Of a DNA stretch of 64,000 bases, positions 27,618-42,009 are shown piece by piece. Positions within the stretch are counted from its first letter, which is position 1. Each line of letters opens with the position of its first letter. The DNA is taken from NCBI GenBank assembly GCA_964016885.1, contig OZ024746.1, positions 52,576,001 to 52,640,000 on the forward strand, read 5' to 3'. The DNA comes from Eledone cirrhosa (taxonomy: Eukaryota). The translations under genes and the position numbers were made by a program. The notes beneath the pieces are model-generated. The model ran no database searches, had not been told where the DNA came from, and was given only the letters and a program-made list of their open reading frames with translations.

Positions 27618-29304
27618 TTAGTGGTTTCTGTGATGGTAGTGTTGTTGTTGTTGTTATTGTAGTTAGTGGTTGCTGAGATAATAGTGTTGTTGTTGTTGTT
27701 ATTGTAGTTAGTGGTTGCTGAGATGGTAGTGTTGTTGTTGTTGTTATTGTAGTTAGTGGTTTCTGTGAGGGTAGTGTTGTTGTTGTTGTTATTGTAGTTA
27801 GTGGTTGCTGAGATGGTAGTGTTGTTGTTGTTGTTATTGTAGTTAGTGGTTGCTGAGATGGTAGTGTTGTTTTTGTTGTTATTGTAGTTAGTGGTTGCTG
27901 AGATGGTAGTGTTGTTGTTGTTGTTATTGTAGTTAGTGGTTTCTGTGATGGTAGTGTTGTTTTTGTTGTTATTGTAGTTAGTGGTTGCTGAGATGGTAGT
28001 GTTGTTGTTGTTGTTATTGTAGTTAGTGGTTGCTATGATGGTAGTGTTGTTGTTGTTATTGTAGCTAGTGGTTGCTGTGATGGTAGTGTTTTTGTTGTTA
28101 TTGTAGTTAGTGGTTGCTATGATGGCAGTGTTGTTGTTGTTATTGTAGTTAGAGGTTGCTATGATGGTAGTGTTGTTGTTGTTCTTGTAGTTAGTGGTTG
28201 CTATGATGGTGGTGTTGTTGTCGTTATTGTAGCTAGAGGTTGCTGAGATGGTAGTGTTGTTGTTGTTGTTATTGTTGTTAGTGGTTGCTGAGATGGTAGT
28301 GTTGTAGTTGTTGTTATTGTAGTTAGTGGTTGCTGTGATGGTAGTGTTGTTGTTGTTATTGTAGTTAGAGGTTGCTGAGATGGTAGTGTTGTTGTTGTTA
28401 TTGTAGTTAGTGGTTGCTGTGATGGTAGTGTTGTTGTTGTTATTGTAGTTAGTATTTGCTGAGATGGTAGTGTTGTTGTTGTTTTTATTGTAGTTAGTGT
28501 TTGCTTAGATGGTAGTGTTGTTGTTGTTTTTATTGTAGTTAGTGGTTGCTGAGATGGTAGTGTTGTTGTTGTTGTTATTGTAGTTAGTGGTTTCTGTGAT
28601 GGTAGTGTTGTTTTTGTTATTGTAGTTAGTGGTTGCTGTGATGGTAGTATTGTTGTTGTTATTGTATTTAGAGGTTGCTGTGATGGTAGTTTTGTTGTTG
28701 TTATTGTCGTTAGTGTTTGCTGAGATAGTAGTGTTGTTGTTGTTTTTATTGTAGTTAGTGGTTGCTGAGATGGTAGTGTTGTTGTTGTTGTTATTGTAGT
28801 TAGTGGTTTCTGTGATGGTAGTGTTGTTGTTGTTATTGTAGTTAGTGGTTGCTGAGATGGTAGTCTTGTTGTTGTAGTTAGAGGTTGCTGTGATGGTAGT
28901 GTTGTTGTTGTTGTTATTGTAGTTAGTGGTTTCTGTGATGGTAGTGTTGTTGTTGTTGTTATTATAGTTAGTGGTTGCTGAGTTGTTAGTGTTGTTGTTG
29001 TTGTTATTGTAGTTAGTGGTTGCTGAGATGGTAGTGTTGTTGTTGTTGTTATTAAAGTTAGTGGTTGCTGAGTTGGTAGTGTTGTTGTTGTTGTTATTGT
29101 AGTTAGTGGTTGCTGAGATGGTAGTGTTGTTGTTGTTGTTATTGTAGTTAGTGGTTGCTGAGATGGTAGTGTTGTTGTTGTTGTTATTATAGTTAGTGGT
29201 TGCTGAGTTGGTAGTGTTGTTGTTGTTGTTATTGTAGATAGTGGTTGCTGAGATGGTTGTGTTGTTGTTGTTGTTATTGTAGTTAGAGGTTGCTGTGATG
29301 GTAG

Positions 29305-29338
<34 letters not shown>

Positions 29339-29985
29339 ATTGTAGTTAGTGGTTTCTGTGATGGTAGTGTTGTTGTTGTTATTGTAGTTAGTGGTAGCTA
29401 AGATGGTAGTGTTGTTGTTGTTGTTATTGTAGTTAGAGGTTGCTGTGATGGTAGTGTTGTTGTTATTATTGTAGTTAGTGGTTGCTGTGATGGTAGTGTT
29501 GTTGTTGTTGTTATTGTATTTAGTGGTTGCTGTGATGGTAGTGTTGTTGTTGTTATTGTGGTTAGAGGTTGCTGAGATGGTAGTGTTGTTGTTGTTGTTA
29601 TTGTAGTTAGTGGTTTCTGTGATGGTAGTGTTGTTGTTGTTGTTATTATAGTTAGTGGTTGCTGAGTTGTTAGTGTTGTTGTTGTTGTTATTGTAGTTAG
29701 TGGTTGCTGAGATGGTAGTGTTGTTGTTGTTGTTATTATAGTTAGTGGTTGCTGAGTTGGTAGTGTTGTTGTTGTTGTTATTGTAGTTAGTGGTTGCTGA
29801 GATGGTAGTGTTGTATTTGTTGTTATTGTAGTTAGTGGTTGCTGAGATGGTAGTGTTGTTGTTGTTGTTATTATAGTTAGTGGATGCTGAGTTGGTAGTG
29901 TTGTTGTTGTTGTTATTGTAGATAGTGGTTGCTGAGATGGTTGTGTTGTTGTTGTTATTGTAGTTAGAGGTTGCTGTGATGGTAG

Positions 29986-30019
<34 letters not shown>

Positions 30020-33000
30020 ATTGTAGTTAGTGGTTTCTGTGATGGTAGTGTTGTTGTTGTTATTGTAGTTAGTGGTAGCTAAGATGGTAGTGTTGTTGTT
30101 GTTGTTATTGTAGTTAGTGGTTGCTATGATGGTAGTGATGTTGTTGTTATTGTAGCTAGTGGTTGCTGTGTTGGTAGTGTTGTTGTTGTTATTGTAGTTA
30201 GCGGTTGCTGAGATGTTAGTGTTGTTGTTGTTATTGTAGTTAGAGGTTGCTGTGATGGTAGTGTTGTTGTTGTTGTTATTGTAGTTAGTGGTTGCTGAGA
30301 TGATAGTGTTGTTGTTGTTGTTATTGTAGTTAGTGGTTGCTGAGATGGTAGTGTTGTTGTTGTTGTTATTGTAGTTAGAGGTTGCTGTGATGGTAGTGTT
30401 GTTGTTGTTGTTATTGTAGTTAGTGGTTTCTGTGATGGTAGTGTTGTTGTTGTTATTGTAGTTAGTGTTTGCTGAGATGGTAGTGTTGCTGTTGTTGTTA
30501 TTGTAGTTAGTGGTTTCTGTGATGGTAGTGTTGTTGTTGTTATTGTAGTTAGTGGTTGCTGAGATGGTAGTGTTGTTGTTGTTGTTATTGTAGTTAGTGG
30601 TTGCTGTGATGGTAGTGTTGCTGTTGTTGTTATTGTAGTTAGTGCTTTCTGTGATGGTAGTGTTGTTGTTGTTATTGTAGTTAGTGGTTGCTGAGATGGT
30701 AGTGTTGTTGTTGTTGTTATTGTAGTTAGTGGTTGCTGTGATGGTAGTGTTGTTGTTGTTATTGTAGTTAGTGGTTGCTGAGATGGTAGTATTGTTGTTG
30801 TTGTTATTGTAGTTAGTGGTTGCTGAGATGGTAGTGTTGTTGTTGTTGTTATTGTAGTTAGTGGTTTCTGTGATGATAGTGTTGTTGTTGTTATTGTAGT
30901 TAAAGGTTGCTGTGATGGTAGTGTTGTTGTTGTTATTCTAGTTAGTGGTTGCTGTGATGGTAGTGTTGTTGTTGTTTTTATTGTAGTTAGTGGTTTCTGT
31001 GATGGTTGTGTTGTTGTTGTTATTGTAGTTAGTGGTTGCTGAGATGATAGTGTTGTTGTTGTTGTTATTGTTGTTAGTGGTTGCTGAGATGGTAGTGTTG
31101 TTGTTGTTGTTATTGTAGTTAGAGGTTGCTGAGATGGTAGTGTTGTTGTTGTTGTTATTGTAGTTAGTGGTTGCTGAGATGGTAGTGTTGTTGTTGTTAT
31201 TCTAGTTAGTGGTTGCTGTGATGGTAGTGTTGTTGTTGTTGTTATTGTAGTTAGTGGTTTCTGTGATGGTAGTGTTGTTGTTGTTATTGTAGTTAGAGCT
31301 TGCTGAGATGGTAGTGTTGTTGTTGTTATTGTAGTTAGTGGTTTCTGTGTTGGTAGTGTTGTTGTTGTTATTGTAGTTAGTGGTTGCTGAGATGGTAGTG
31401 TTGTTGTTGTTGCTATTGTAGTTAGAGGTTGCTGTGATGTTAGTGTTGTTGTTGTTGTTATTATAGTTAGTGGTTTCTGTGATGGTAGTGTTGTTGTTGT
31501 TATTCTAGTTAGTGGTTGCTGTGATGGTAGTGTTGTTGTTATTATTGTAGTTAGAGCTTGCTGAGATGGTAGTGTTGTTGTTGTTATTGTAGTTAGTGGT
31601 TGCTGAGATGGTAGTGTTGTTGTTGTTATTGTAGTTAGAGGTTGCTGTGATGGTAGTGTTGTTGTTATTATTGTAGTTAGTGGTTGCCGTGATGGTAGTG
31701 TTGTTGTTGTTGTTATTGTAGTTAGTGGTTGCTGTGATGGTAGTGTTGTTGTTGTTATTGTAGTTAGTGGTTGCTGAGATGGTAGTGTTGTTGTTGTTAT
31801 TGTAGTTAGAGGTTGCTGTGATGGTAGTGTTGTTGTTATTATTGTAGTTAGTGGTTGCTGTGATGGTAGTGTTGTTGTTGTTGTTATTGTAGTTAGTGGT
31901 TGCTGTGATGGTAGTGTTGTTGTTGTTATTGTAGTTAGAGTTTGCTGAGATGGTAGTGTTGTTGTTGTTGTTATTGTAGTTAGTGGTTGCTATGATGGTT
32001 GTGATGTTGTTGTTATTGTAGCTAGTGGTTGCTGTGTTGGTAGTGTTGTTGTTGTTATTGTAGTTAGAGGTTGCTGGGATGGTATTGTTGTTGTTGCTGT
32101 TGTAGTTAGTGGTTGCTGTGATGGTAGTGTTGTTGTTGTTGTTGTAGTTAGTGGTTGCTGAGATGGTAGTGTTGTTGTTGTTATTGTAGTTAGTGGTTGC
32201 TATGATGGTAGTGATGTTGTTGTTATTGTAGCAAGTGGTTGCTGTGTTGCTAGTGTTGTTGTTGTTATTGTAGTTAGATGTTGCTGAGATGTTAGTGTTG
32301 TTGTTGTTATTGTAGTTAGTGGTTGCTGAGATGGTAGTGTTGTTGTTGTTGTTATTGTAGTTAGTGGTTTCTGTGATGGTAGTGTTGTTGTTGTTATTGT
32401 AGTTAGTGGTTGCTGAGATGGTAGTGTTGTTGTTGTTGTTATTGTAGTTAGAGGTTGCTGTGATGGTAGTGTTGTTGTTGTTGTTATTGTAGTTAGAGGT
32501 TGCTGTGATGGTAGTGTTGTTGTTGTTGTTATTGTAGTTAGTGGTTGCTGAGATAATAGTGTTGTTGTTGTTGTTATTGTAGTTAGTGGTTGCTGAGATG
32601 GTAGTGTTGTTGTTGTTGTTATTGTAGTTAGTGGTTTCTGTGATGGTAGTGTTGTTGTTGTTGTTGTTATTGTAGTTAGTGGTTGCTGAGATAATAGTGT
32701 TGTTGTTCTTGTTATTGTAGTTAGTGGTTGCTGAGATGGTAGTGTTGTTGTTGTTGTTATTGTAGTTAGTGGTTTCTGTGATGGTAGTGTTGTTGTTGTT
32801 GTTATTGTAGTTAGTGGTTGCTGAGATAATAGTGTTGTTGTTGTTGTTATTGTAGTTAGTGGTTGCTGAGATGGTAGTGTTGTTGTTGTTGTTATTGTAG
32901 TTAGTGGTTGCTGAGATGGTAGTGTTGTTGTTGTTGTTATTGTAGTTAGTGGTTTCTGTGATGATAGTGTTGTTGTTGTTGTTATTGTAGTTAAAGGTTG

Positions 33001-35649
33001 CTGTGATGGTAGTGTTGTTGTTGTTATTCTAGTTAGTGGTTGCTGTGATGGTAGTGTTGTTGTTGTTGTTATTGTAGTTAGTGGTTTCTGTGATGGTAGT
33101 GTTGTTTTTGTTATTGTAGTTAGTGGATGCTGAGATGGTAGTGTTGTTGTTGTTGTTATTGTTGTTAGTGGTTGCTGAGATGGTAGTGTTGTTGTTGTTG
33201 TTATTGTAGTTAGATGTTGCTGAGATGGTAGTGTTGTTGTTCTTGTTATTGTAGTTAGTGGTTGCTGAGATGGTAGTGTTGTTGTTGTTGTTATTGTTGT
33301 TAGAGGTTGCTGAGATGGTAGTGTTGTTGTTGTTATTCTAGTTAGTGGTTGCTGTGATGGTAGTGTTGTTGTTGTTGTTATTGTAGTTAGTGGTTGCTGA
33401 GATAATAGTGTTGTTGTTGTTGTTATTGTAGTTAGTGGTTGCTGAGATGGTAGTGTTGTTGTTGTTGTTATTGTAGTTAGTGGTTGCTGAGATGGTAGTG
33501 TTGTTGTTGTTGTTATTGTAGTTAGTGGTTTCTGTGATGATAGTGTTGTTGTTGTTGTTATTGTAGTTAAAGGTTGCTGTGATGGTAGTGTTGTTGTTGT
33601 TATTCTAGTTAGTGGTTGCTGTGATGGTAGTGTTGTTGTTGTTGTTATTGTAGTTAGTGGTTTCTGTGATGGTAGTGTTGTTTTTGTTATTGTAGTTAGT
33701 GGTTGCTGAGATGGTAGTGTTGTTGTTGTTGTTATTGTTGTTAGTGGTTGCTGAGATGGTAGTGTTGTTGTTGTTGTTATCGTAGTTAGATGTTGCTGAG
33801 ATGGTAGTGTTGTTGTTCTTGTTATTGTAGTTAATGGTTGCTGAGATGGTAGTGTTGTTGTTGTTGTTATTGTTGTTAGAGGTTGCTGAGATGGTAGTGT
33901 TGTTGTTGTTATTCTAGTTAGTGGTTGCTGTGATGGTAGTGTTGTTGTTGTTGTTATTGTAGTTAGTGGTTTCTGTGATGGTAGTGTTGTTGTTGTTGTT
34001 ATTGTAGTTAGTGGTTGCTGAGATAATAGTGTTGTTGTTGTTGTTATTGTAGTTAGTGGTTGCTGAGATGGTAGTGTTGTTGTTGTTGTTATTGTAGTTA
34101 GTGGTTTCTGTGAGGGTAGTGTTGTTGTTGTTGTTATTGTAGTTAGTGGTTGCTGAGATGGTAGTGTTGTTGTTGTTGTTATTGTAGTTAGTGGTTGCTG
34201 AGATGGTAGTGTTGTTTTTGTTGTTATTGTAGTTAGTGGTTGCTGAGATGGTAGTGTTGTTGTTGTTGTTATTGTAGTTAGTGGTTTCTGTGATGGTAGT
34301 GTTGTTTTTGTTGTTATTGTAGTTAGTGGTTGCTGAGATGGTAGTGTTGTTGTTGTTGTTATTGTAGTTAGTGGTTGCTATGATGGTAGTGTTGTTGTTG
34401 TTATTGTAGCTAGTGGTTGCTGTGATGGTAGTGTTTTTGTTGTTATTGTAGTTAGTGGTTGCTATGATGGCAGTGTTGTTGTTGTTATTGTAGTTAGAGG
34501 TTGCTATGATGGTAGTGTTGTTGTTGTTCTTGTAGTTAGTGGTTGCTATGATGGTGGTGTTGTTGTCGTTATTGTAGCTAGAGGTTGCTGAGATGGTAGT
34601 GTTGTTGTTGTTGTTATTGTTGTTAGTGGTTGCTGAGATGGTAGTGTTGTAGTTGTTGTTATTGTAGTTAGTGGTTGCTGTGATGGTAGTGTTGTTGTTG
34701 TTATTGTAGTTAGAGGTTGCTGAGATGGTAGTGTTGTTGTTGTTATTGTAGTTAGTGGTTGCTGTGATGGTAGTGTTGTTGTTGTTATTGTAGTTAGTAT
34801 TTGCTGAGATGGTAGTGTTGTTGTTGTTTTTATTGTAGTTAGTGTTTGCTTAGATGGTAGTGTTGTTGTTGTTTTTATTGTAGTTAGTGGTTGCTGAGAT
34901 GGTAGTGTTGTTGTTGTTGTTATTGTAGTTAGTGGTTTCTGTGATGGTAGTGTTGTTTTTGTTATTGTAGTTAGTGGTTGCTGTGATGGTAGTATTGTTG
35001 TTGTTATTGTATTTAGAGGTTGCTGTGATGGTAGTTTTGTTGTTGTTATTGTCGTTAGTGTTTGCTGAGATAGTAGTGTTGTTGTTGTTTTTATTGTAGT
35101 TAGTGGTTGCTGAGATGGTAGTGTTGTTGTTGTTGTTATTGTAGTTAGTGGTTTCTGTGATGGTAGTGTTGTTGTTGTTATTGTAGTTAGTGGTTGCTGA
35201 GATGGTAGTCTTGTTGTTGTAGTTAGAGGTTGCTGTGATGGTAGTGTTGTTGTTGTTGTTATTGTAGTTAGTGGTTTCTGTGATGGTAGTGTTGTTGTTG
35301 TTGTTATTATAGTTAGTGGTTGCTGAGTTGTTAGTGTTGTTGTTGTTGTTATTGTAGTTAGTGGTTGCTGAGATGGTAGTGTTGTTGTTGTTGTTATTAA
35401 AGTTAGTGGTTGCTGAGTTGGTAGTGTTGTTGTTGTTGTTATTGTAGTTAGTGGTTGCTGAGATGGTAGTGTTGTTGTTGTTGTTATTGTAGTTAGTGGT
35501 TGCTGAGATGGTAGTGTTGTTGTTGTTGTTATTATAGTTAGTGGTTGCTGAGTTGGTAGTGTTGTTGTTGTTGTTATTGTAGATAGTGGTTGCTGAGATG
35601 GTTGTGTTGTTGTTGTTGTTATTGTAGTTAGAGGTTGCTGTGATGGTAG

Positions 35650-35683
<34 letters not shown>

Positions 35684-36330
35684 ATTGTAGTTAGTGGTTT
35701 CTGTGATGGTAGTGTTGTTGTTGTTATTGTAGTTAGTGGTAGCTAAGATGGTAGTGTTGTTGTTGTTGTTATTGTAGTTAGAGGTTGCTGTGATGGTAGT
35801 GTTGTTGTTATTATTGTAGTTAGTGGTTGCTGTGATGGTAGTGTTGTTGTTGTTGTTATTGTATTTAGTGGTTGCTGTGATGGTAGTGTTGTTGTTGTTA
35901 TTGTGGTTAGAGGTTGCTGAGATGGTAGTGTTGTTGTTGTTGTTATTGTAGTTAGTGGTTTCTGTGATGGTAGTGTTGTTGTTGTTGTTATTATAGTTAG
36001 TGGTTGCTGAGTTGTTAGTGTTGTTGTTGTTGTTATTGTAGTTAGTGGTTGCTGAGATGGTAGTGTTGTTGTTGTTGTTATTATAGTTAGTGGTTGCTGA
36101 GTTGGTAGTGTTGTTGTTGTTGTTATTGTAGTTAGTGGTTGCTGAGATGGTAGTGTTGTATTTGTTGTTATTGTAGTTAGTGGTTGCTGAGATGGTAGTG
36201 TTGTTGTTGTTGTTATTATAGTTAGTGGATGCTGAGTTGGTAGTGTTGTTGTTGTTGTTATTGTAGATAGTGGTTGCTGAGATGGTTGTGTTGTTGTTGT
36301 TATTGTAGTTAGAGGTTGCTGTGATGGTAG

Positions 36331-36364
<34 letters not shown>

Positions 36365-39300
36365 ATTGTAGTTAGTGGTTTCTGTGATGGTAGTGTTGTT
36401 GTTGTTATTGTAGTTAGTGGTAGCTAAGATGGTAGTGTTGTTGTTGTTGTTATTGTAGTTAGTGGTTGCTATGATGGTAGTGATGTTGTTGTTATTGTAG
36501 CTAGTGGTTGCTGTGTTGGTAGTGTTGTTGTTGTTATTGTAGTTAGCGGTTGCTGAGATGTTAGTGTTGTTGTTGTTATTGTAGTTAGAGGTTGCTGTGA
36601 TGGTAGTGTTGTTGTTGTTGTTATTGTAGTTAGTGGTTGCTGAGATGATAGTGTTGTTGTTGTTGTTATTGTAGTTAGTGGTTGCTGAGATGGTAGTGTT
36701 GTTGTTGTTGTTATTGTAGTTAGAGGTTGCTGTGATGGTAGTGTTGTTGTTGTTGTTATTGTAGTTAGTGGTTTCTGTGATGGTAGTGTTGTTGTTGTTA
36801 TTGTAGTTAGTGTTTGCTGAGATGGTAGTGTTGCTGTTGTTGTTATTGTAGTTAGTGGTTTCTGTGATGGTAGTGTTGTTGTTGTTATTGTAGTTAGTGG
36901 TTGCTGAGATGGTAGTGTTGTTGTTGTTGTTATTGTAGTTAGTGGTTGCTGTGATGGTAGTGTTGCTGTTGTTGTTATTGTAGTTAGTGCTTTCTGTGAT
37001 GGTAGTGTTGTTGTTGTTATTGTAGTTAGTGGTTGCTGAGATGGTAGTGTTGTTGTTGTTGTTATTGTAGTTAGTGGTTGCTGTGATGGTAGTGTTGTTG
37101 TTGTTATTGTAGTTAGTGGTTGCTGAGATGGTAGTATTGTTGTTGTTGTTATTGTAGTTAGTGGTTGCTGAGATGGTAGTGTTGTTGTTGTTGTTATTGT
37201 AGTTAGTGGTTTCTGTGATGATAGTGTTGTTGTTGTTATTGTAGTTAAAGGTTGCTGTGATGGTAGTGTTGTTGTTGTTATTCTAGTTAGTGGTTGCTGT
37301 GATGGTAGTGTTGTTGTTGTTTTTATTGTAGTTAGTGGTTTCTGTGATGGTTGTGTTGTTGTTGTTATTGTAGTTAGTGGTTGCTGAGATGATAGTGTTG
37401 TTGTTGTTGTTATTGTTGTTAGTGGTTGCTGAGATGGTAGTGTTGTTGTTGTTGTTATTGTAGTTAGAGGTTGCTGAGATGGTAGTGTTGTTGTTGTTGT
37501 TATTGTAGTTAGTGGTTGCTGAGATGGTAGTGTTGTTGTTGTTATTCTAGTTAGTGGTTGCTGTGATGGTAGTGTTGTTGTTGTTGTTATTGTAGTTAGT
37601 GGTTTCTGTGATGGTAGTGTTGTTGTTGTTATTGTAGTTAGAGCTTGCTGAGATGGTAGTGTTGTTGTTGTTATTGTAGTTAGTGGTTTCTGTGTTGGTA
37701 GTGTTGTTGTTGTTATTGTAGTTAGTGGTTGCTGAGATGGTAGTGTTGTTGTTGTTGCTATTGTAGTTAGAGGTTGCTGTGATGTTAGTGTTGTTGTTGT
37801 TGTTATTATAGTTAGTGGTTTCTGTGATGGTAGTGTTGTTGTTGTTATTCTAGTTAGTGGTTGCTGTGATGGTAGTGTTGTTGTTATTATTGTAGTTAGA
37901 GCTTGCTGAGATGGTAGTGTTGTTGTTGTTATTGTAGTTAGTGGTTGCTGAGATGGTAGTGTTGTTGTTGTTATTGTAGTTAGAGGTTGCTGTGATGGTA
38001 GTGTTGTTGTTATTATTGTAGTTAGTGGTTGCCGTGATGGTAGTGTTGTTGTTGTTGTTATTGTAGTTAGTGGTTGCTGTGATGGTAGTGTTGTTGTTGT
38101 TATTGTAGTTAGTGGTTGCTGAGATGGTAGTGTTGTTGTTGTTATTGTAGTTAGAGGTTGCTGTGATGGTAGTGTTGTTGTTATTATTGTAGTTAGTGGT
38201 TGCTGTGATGGTAGTGTTGTTGTTGTTGTTATTGTAGTTAGTGGTTGCTGTGATGGTAGTGTTGTTGTTGTTATTGTAGTTAGAGTTTGCTGAGATGGTA
38301 GTGTTGTTGTTGTTGTTATTGTAGTTAGTGGTTGCTATGATGGTTGTGATGTTGTTGTTATTGTAGCTAGTGGTTGCTGTGTTGGTAGTGTTGTTGTTGT
38401 TATTGTAGTTAGAGGTTGCTGGGATGGTATTGTTGTTGTTGCTGTTGTAGTTAGTGGTTGCTGTGATGGTAGTGTTGTTGTTGTTGTTGTAGTTAGTGGT
38501 TGCTGAGATGGTAGTGTTGTTGTTGTTATTGTAGTTAGTGGTTGCTATGATGGTAGTGATGTTGTTGTTATTGTAGCAAGTGGTTGCTGTGTTGCTAGTG
38601 TTGTTGTTGTTATTGTAGTTAGATGTTGCTGAGATGTTAGTGTTGTTGTTGTTATTGTAGTTAGTGGTTGCTGAGATGGTAGTGTTGTTGTTGTTGTTAT
38701 TGTAGTTAGTGGTTTCTGTGATGGTAGTGTTGTTGTTGTTATTGTAGTTAGTGGTTGCTGAGATGGTAGTGTTGTTGTTGTTGTTATTGTAGTTAGAGGT
38801 TGCTGTGATGGTAGTGTTGTTGTTGTTGTTATTGTAGTTAGAGGTTGCTGTGATGGTAGTGTTGTTGTTGTTGTTATTGTAGTTAGTGGTTGCTGAGATA
38901 ATAGTGTTGTTGTTGTTGTTATTGTAGTTAGTGGTTGCTGAGATGGTAGTGTTGTTGTTGTTGTTATTGTAGTTAGTGGTTTCTGTGATGGTAGTGTTGT
39001 TGTTGTTGTTGTTATTGTAGTTAGTGGTTGCTGAGATAATAGTGTTGTTGTTCTTGTTATTGTAGTTAGTGGTTGCTGAGATGGTAGTGTTGTTGTTGTT
39101 GTTATTGTAGTTAGTGGTTTCTGTGATGGTAGTGTTGTTGTTGTTGTTATTGTAGTTAGTGGTTGCTGAGATAATAGTGTTGTTGTTGTTGTTATTGTAG
39201 TTAGTGGTTGCTGAGATGGTAGTGTTGTTGTTGTTGTTATTGTAGTTAGTGGTTGCTGAGATGGTAGTGTTGTTGTTGTTGTTATTGTAGTTAGTGGTTT

Positions 39301-40342
39301 CTGTGATGATAGTGTTGTTGTTGTTGTTATTGTAGTTAAAGGTTGCTGTGATGGTAGTGTTGTTGTTGTTATTCTAGTTAGTGGTTGCTGTGATGGTAGT
39401 GTTGTTGTTGTTGTTATTGTAGTTAGTGGTTTCTGTGATGGTAGTGTTGTTTTTGTTATTGTAGTTAGTGGATGCTGAGATGGTAGTGTTGTTGTTGTTG
39501 TTATTGTTGTTAGTGGTTGCTGAGATGGTAGTGTTGTTGTTGTTGTTATTGTAGTTAGATGTTGCTGAGATGGTAGTGTTGTTGTTCTTGTTATTGTAGT
39601 TAGTGGTTGCTGAGATGGTAGTGTTGTTGTTGTTGTTATTGTTGTTAGAGGTTGCTGAGATGGTAGTGTTGTTGTTGTTATTCTAGTTAGTGGTTGCTGT
39701 GATGGTAGTGTTGTTGTTGTTGTTATTGTAGTTAGTGGTTGCTGAGATAATAGTGTTGTTGTTGTTGTTATTGTAGTTAGTGGTTGCTGAGATGGTAGTG
39801 TTGTTGTTGTTGTTATTGTAGTTAGTGGTTGCTGAGATGGTAGTGTTGTTGTTGTTGTTATTGTAGTTAGTGGTTTCTGTGATGATAGTGTTGTTGTTGT
39901 TGTTATTGTAGTTAAAGGTTGCTGTGATGGTAGTGTTGTTGTTGTTATTCTAGTTAGTGGTTGCTGTGATGGTAGTGTTGTTGTTGTTGTTATTGTAGTT
40001 AGTGGTTTCTGTGATGGTAGTGTTGTTTTTGTTATTGTAGTTAGTGGTTGCTGAGATGGTAGTGTTGTTGTTGTTGTTATTGTTGTTAGTGGTTGCTGAG
40101 ATGGTAGTGTTGTTGTTGTTGTTATCGTAGTTAGATGTTGCTGAGATGGTAGTGTTGTTGTTCTTGTTATTGTAGTTAATGGTTGCTGAGATGGTAGTGT
40201 TGTTGTTGTTGTTATTGTTGTTAGAGGTTGCTGAGATGGTAGTGTTGTTGTTGTTATTCTAGTTAGTGGTTGCTGTGATGGTAGTGTTGTTGTTGTTGTT
40301 ATTGTAGTTAGTGGTTTCTGTGATGGTAGTGTTGTTGTTGTT
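27618..40342. repeat. Near-perfect tandem duplication, period 6,345 bp
   Basis: Constant 6345 offset for tgagg(g) 27766/34111, attaaag 29051/35396, GTT tracts 29306/35651 and 29987/36332, gggat 32076/38421, and ttaatgg 33831/40176. Confidence 0.92.
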
Positions 40343-41502
40343 ATTGTAGTTAGAACTTGCTGAGATGGTAGTGTTGTTGTTGTTATTGTAGTTAGTGGTT
40401 TCTGTGATGGTAGTGTTGTTGTTGTTATTGTAGTTAGTGGTTGCTGAGATGGTAGTGTTGTTGTTGTTGTTATTGTAGTTAGAGGTTGCTGTGATGGTAG
40501 TGTTGTTGTTGTTGTTATTATAGTTAGTGGTTTCTGTGATGGTAGTGTTGTTGTTGTTATTCTAGTTAGTGGTTGCTGTGATGGTAGTGTTGTTGTTATT
40601 ATTGTAGTTAGAGCTTGCTGAGATGGTAGTGTTGTTGTTGTTATTGTAGTTAGAGGTTGCTGTGATGGTAGTGTTGTTGTTATTATTGTAGTTAGTGGTT
40701 GCTGTGATGGTAGTGTTGTTGTTGTTGTTATTGTAGTTAGTGGTTGCTGTGATGGTAGTGTTGTTGTTGTTATTGTAGTTAGAGGTTGCTGAGATGGTAG
40801 TGTTGTTGTTGTTGTTCTTGTAGTTAGTGGTTGCTATGATGGTAGTGATGTTGTTGTTATTGTAGCTAGTGGTTGCTGTGTTGGTAGTGTTGTTGTTGTT
40901 ATTGTAGTTAATGTTTGCTGAGATGGTAGTGTTGTTGTTGTTATTGTAGTTAGAGGTTGCTGTGATGGTAGTGTTGTTGTTGTTATTGTAGTTAGAGGTT
41001 GCTGTGATGGTAGTGTTGTTGTTGTTATTGTAGTTAGTGGTTGCTGAGATGGTAGTGTTGTTGTTGTTGTTATTCTAGTTAGAGGTTGCTGTGATGGTAG
41101 TGTTGTTGTTGTTGTTAGTGTAGTTAAAGGTTGCTGTGATGGTAGTGTTGTTGTTGTTGTTATTGTAGTTAGTGGTTTCTGTGATGGTAGTGTTGTTGTT
41201 GTTGTTATTATAGTTAGTGGTTGCTGAGTTGTTAGTGTTGTTGTTGTTATTGTAGTTAGTGGTTGCTGAGATGGTAGTGTTGTTGTTGTTGTTATTATAG
41301 TTAGTGGTTGCTGAGTTGGTAGTGTTGTTGTTGTTGTTATTGTAGTTAGTGGTTGCTGAGATGGTAGTGTTGTTGTTGTTGTTATTGTAGTTAGTGGTTG
41401 CTGAGATGGTAGTGTTGTTGTTGTTGTTATTATAGTTAGTGGTTGCTGAGTTGGTAGTGTTGTTGTTGTTGTTATTGTAGTTAGAGGTTGCTATGATGGT
41501 AG

Positions 41503-41536
<34 letters not shown>

Positions 41537-42009
41537 ATTGTAGTTAGTGGTTTCTGTGATGGTAGTGTTGTTGTTGTTATTGTAGTTAGTGGTAGCTAAG
41601 ATGGTAGTGTTGTTGTTGTTGTTATTGTAGTTAGAGGTTGCTGTGATGGTAGTGTTGTTGTTATTATTGTAGTTAGTGGTTGCTGTGATGGTAGTGTTGT
41701 TGTTGTTATTATTGTAGTTAGTGGTTGCTGTGATGGTAGTGTTGTTGTTGTTATTGTAGTTAGAGGTTGCTGAGATGGTAGTGTTGTTGTTGTTGTTATT
41801 GTAGTTAGTGGTTGCTATGATGGTAGTGATGTTGTTGTTATTGTAGCTAGTGGTTGCTGTGTTGGTAGTGTTGTTGTTGTTATTGTAGTTAGAGGTTGCT
41901 GAGATGTTAGTGTTGTTGTTGTTTTTGTAGTTAGAGGTTGCTGTGATGGTAGTGTTGTTGTTGTTATTGTAGTTAGTGGTTGCTGAGATGGTAGTGTTGT
42001 TGTTGTTGT

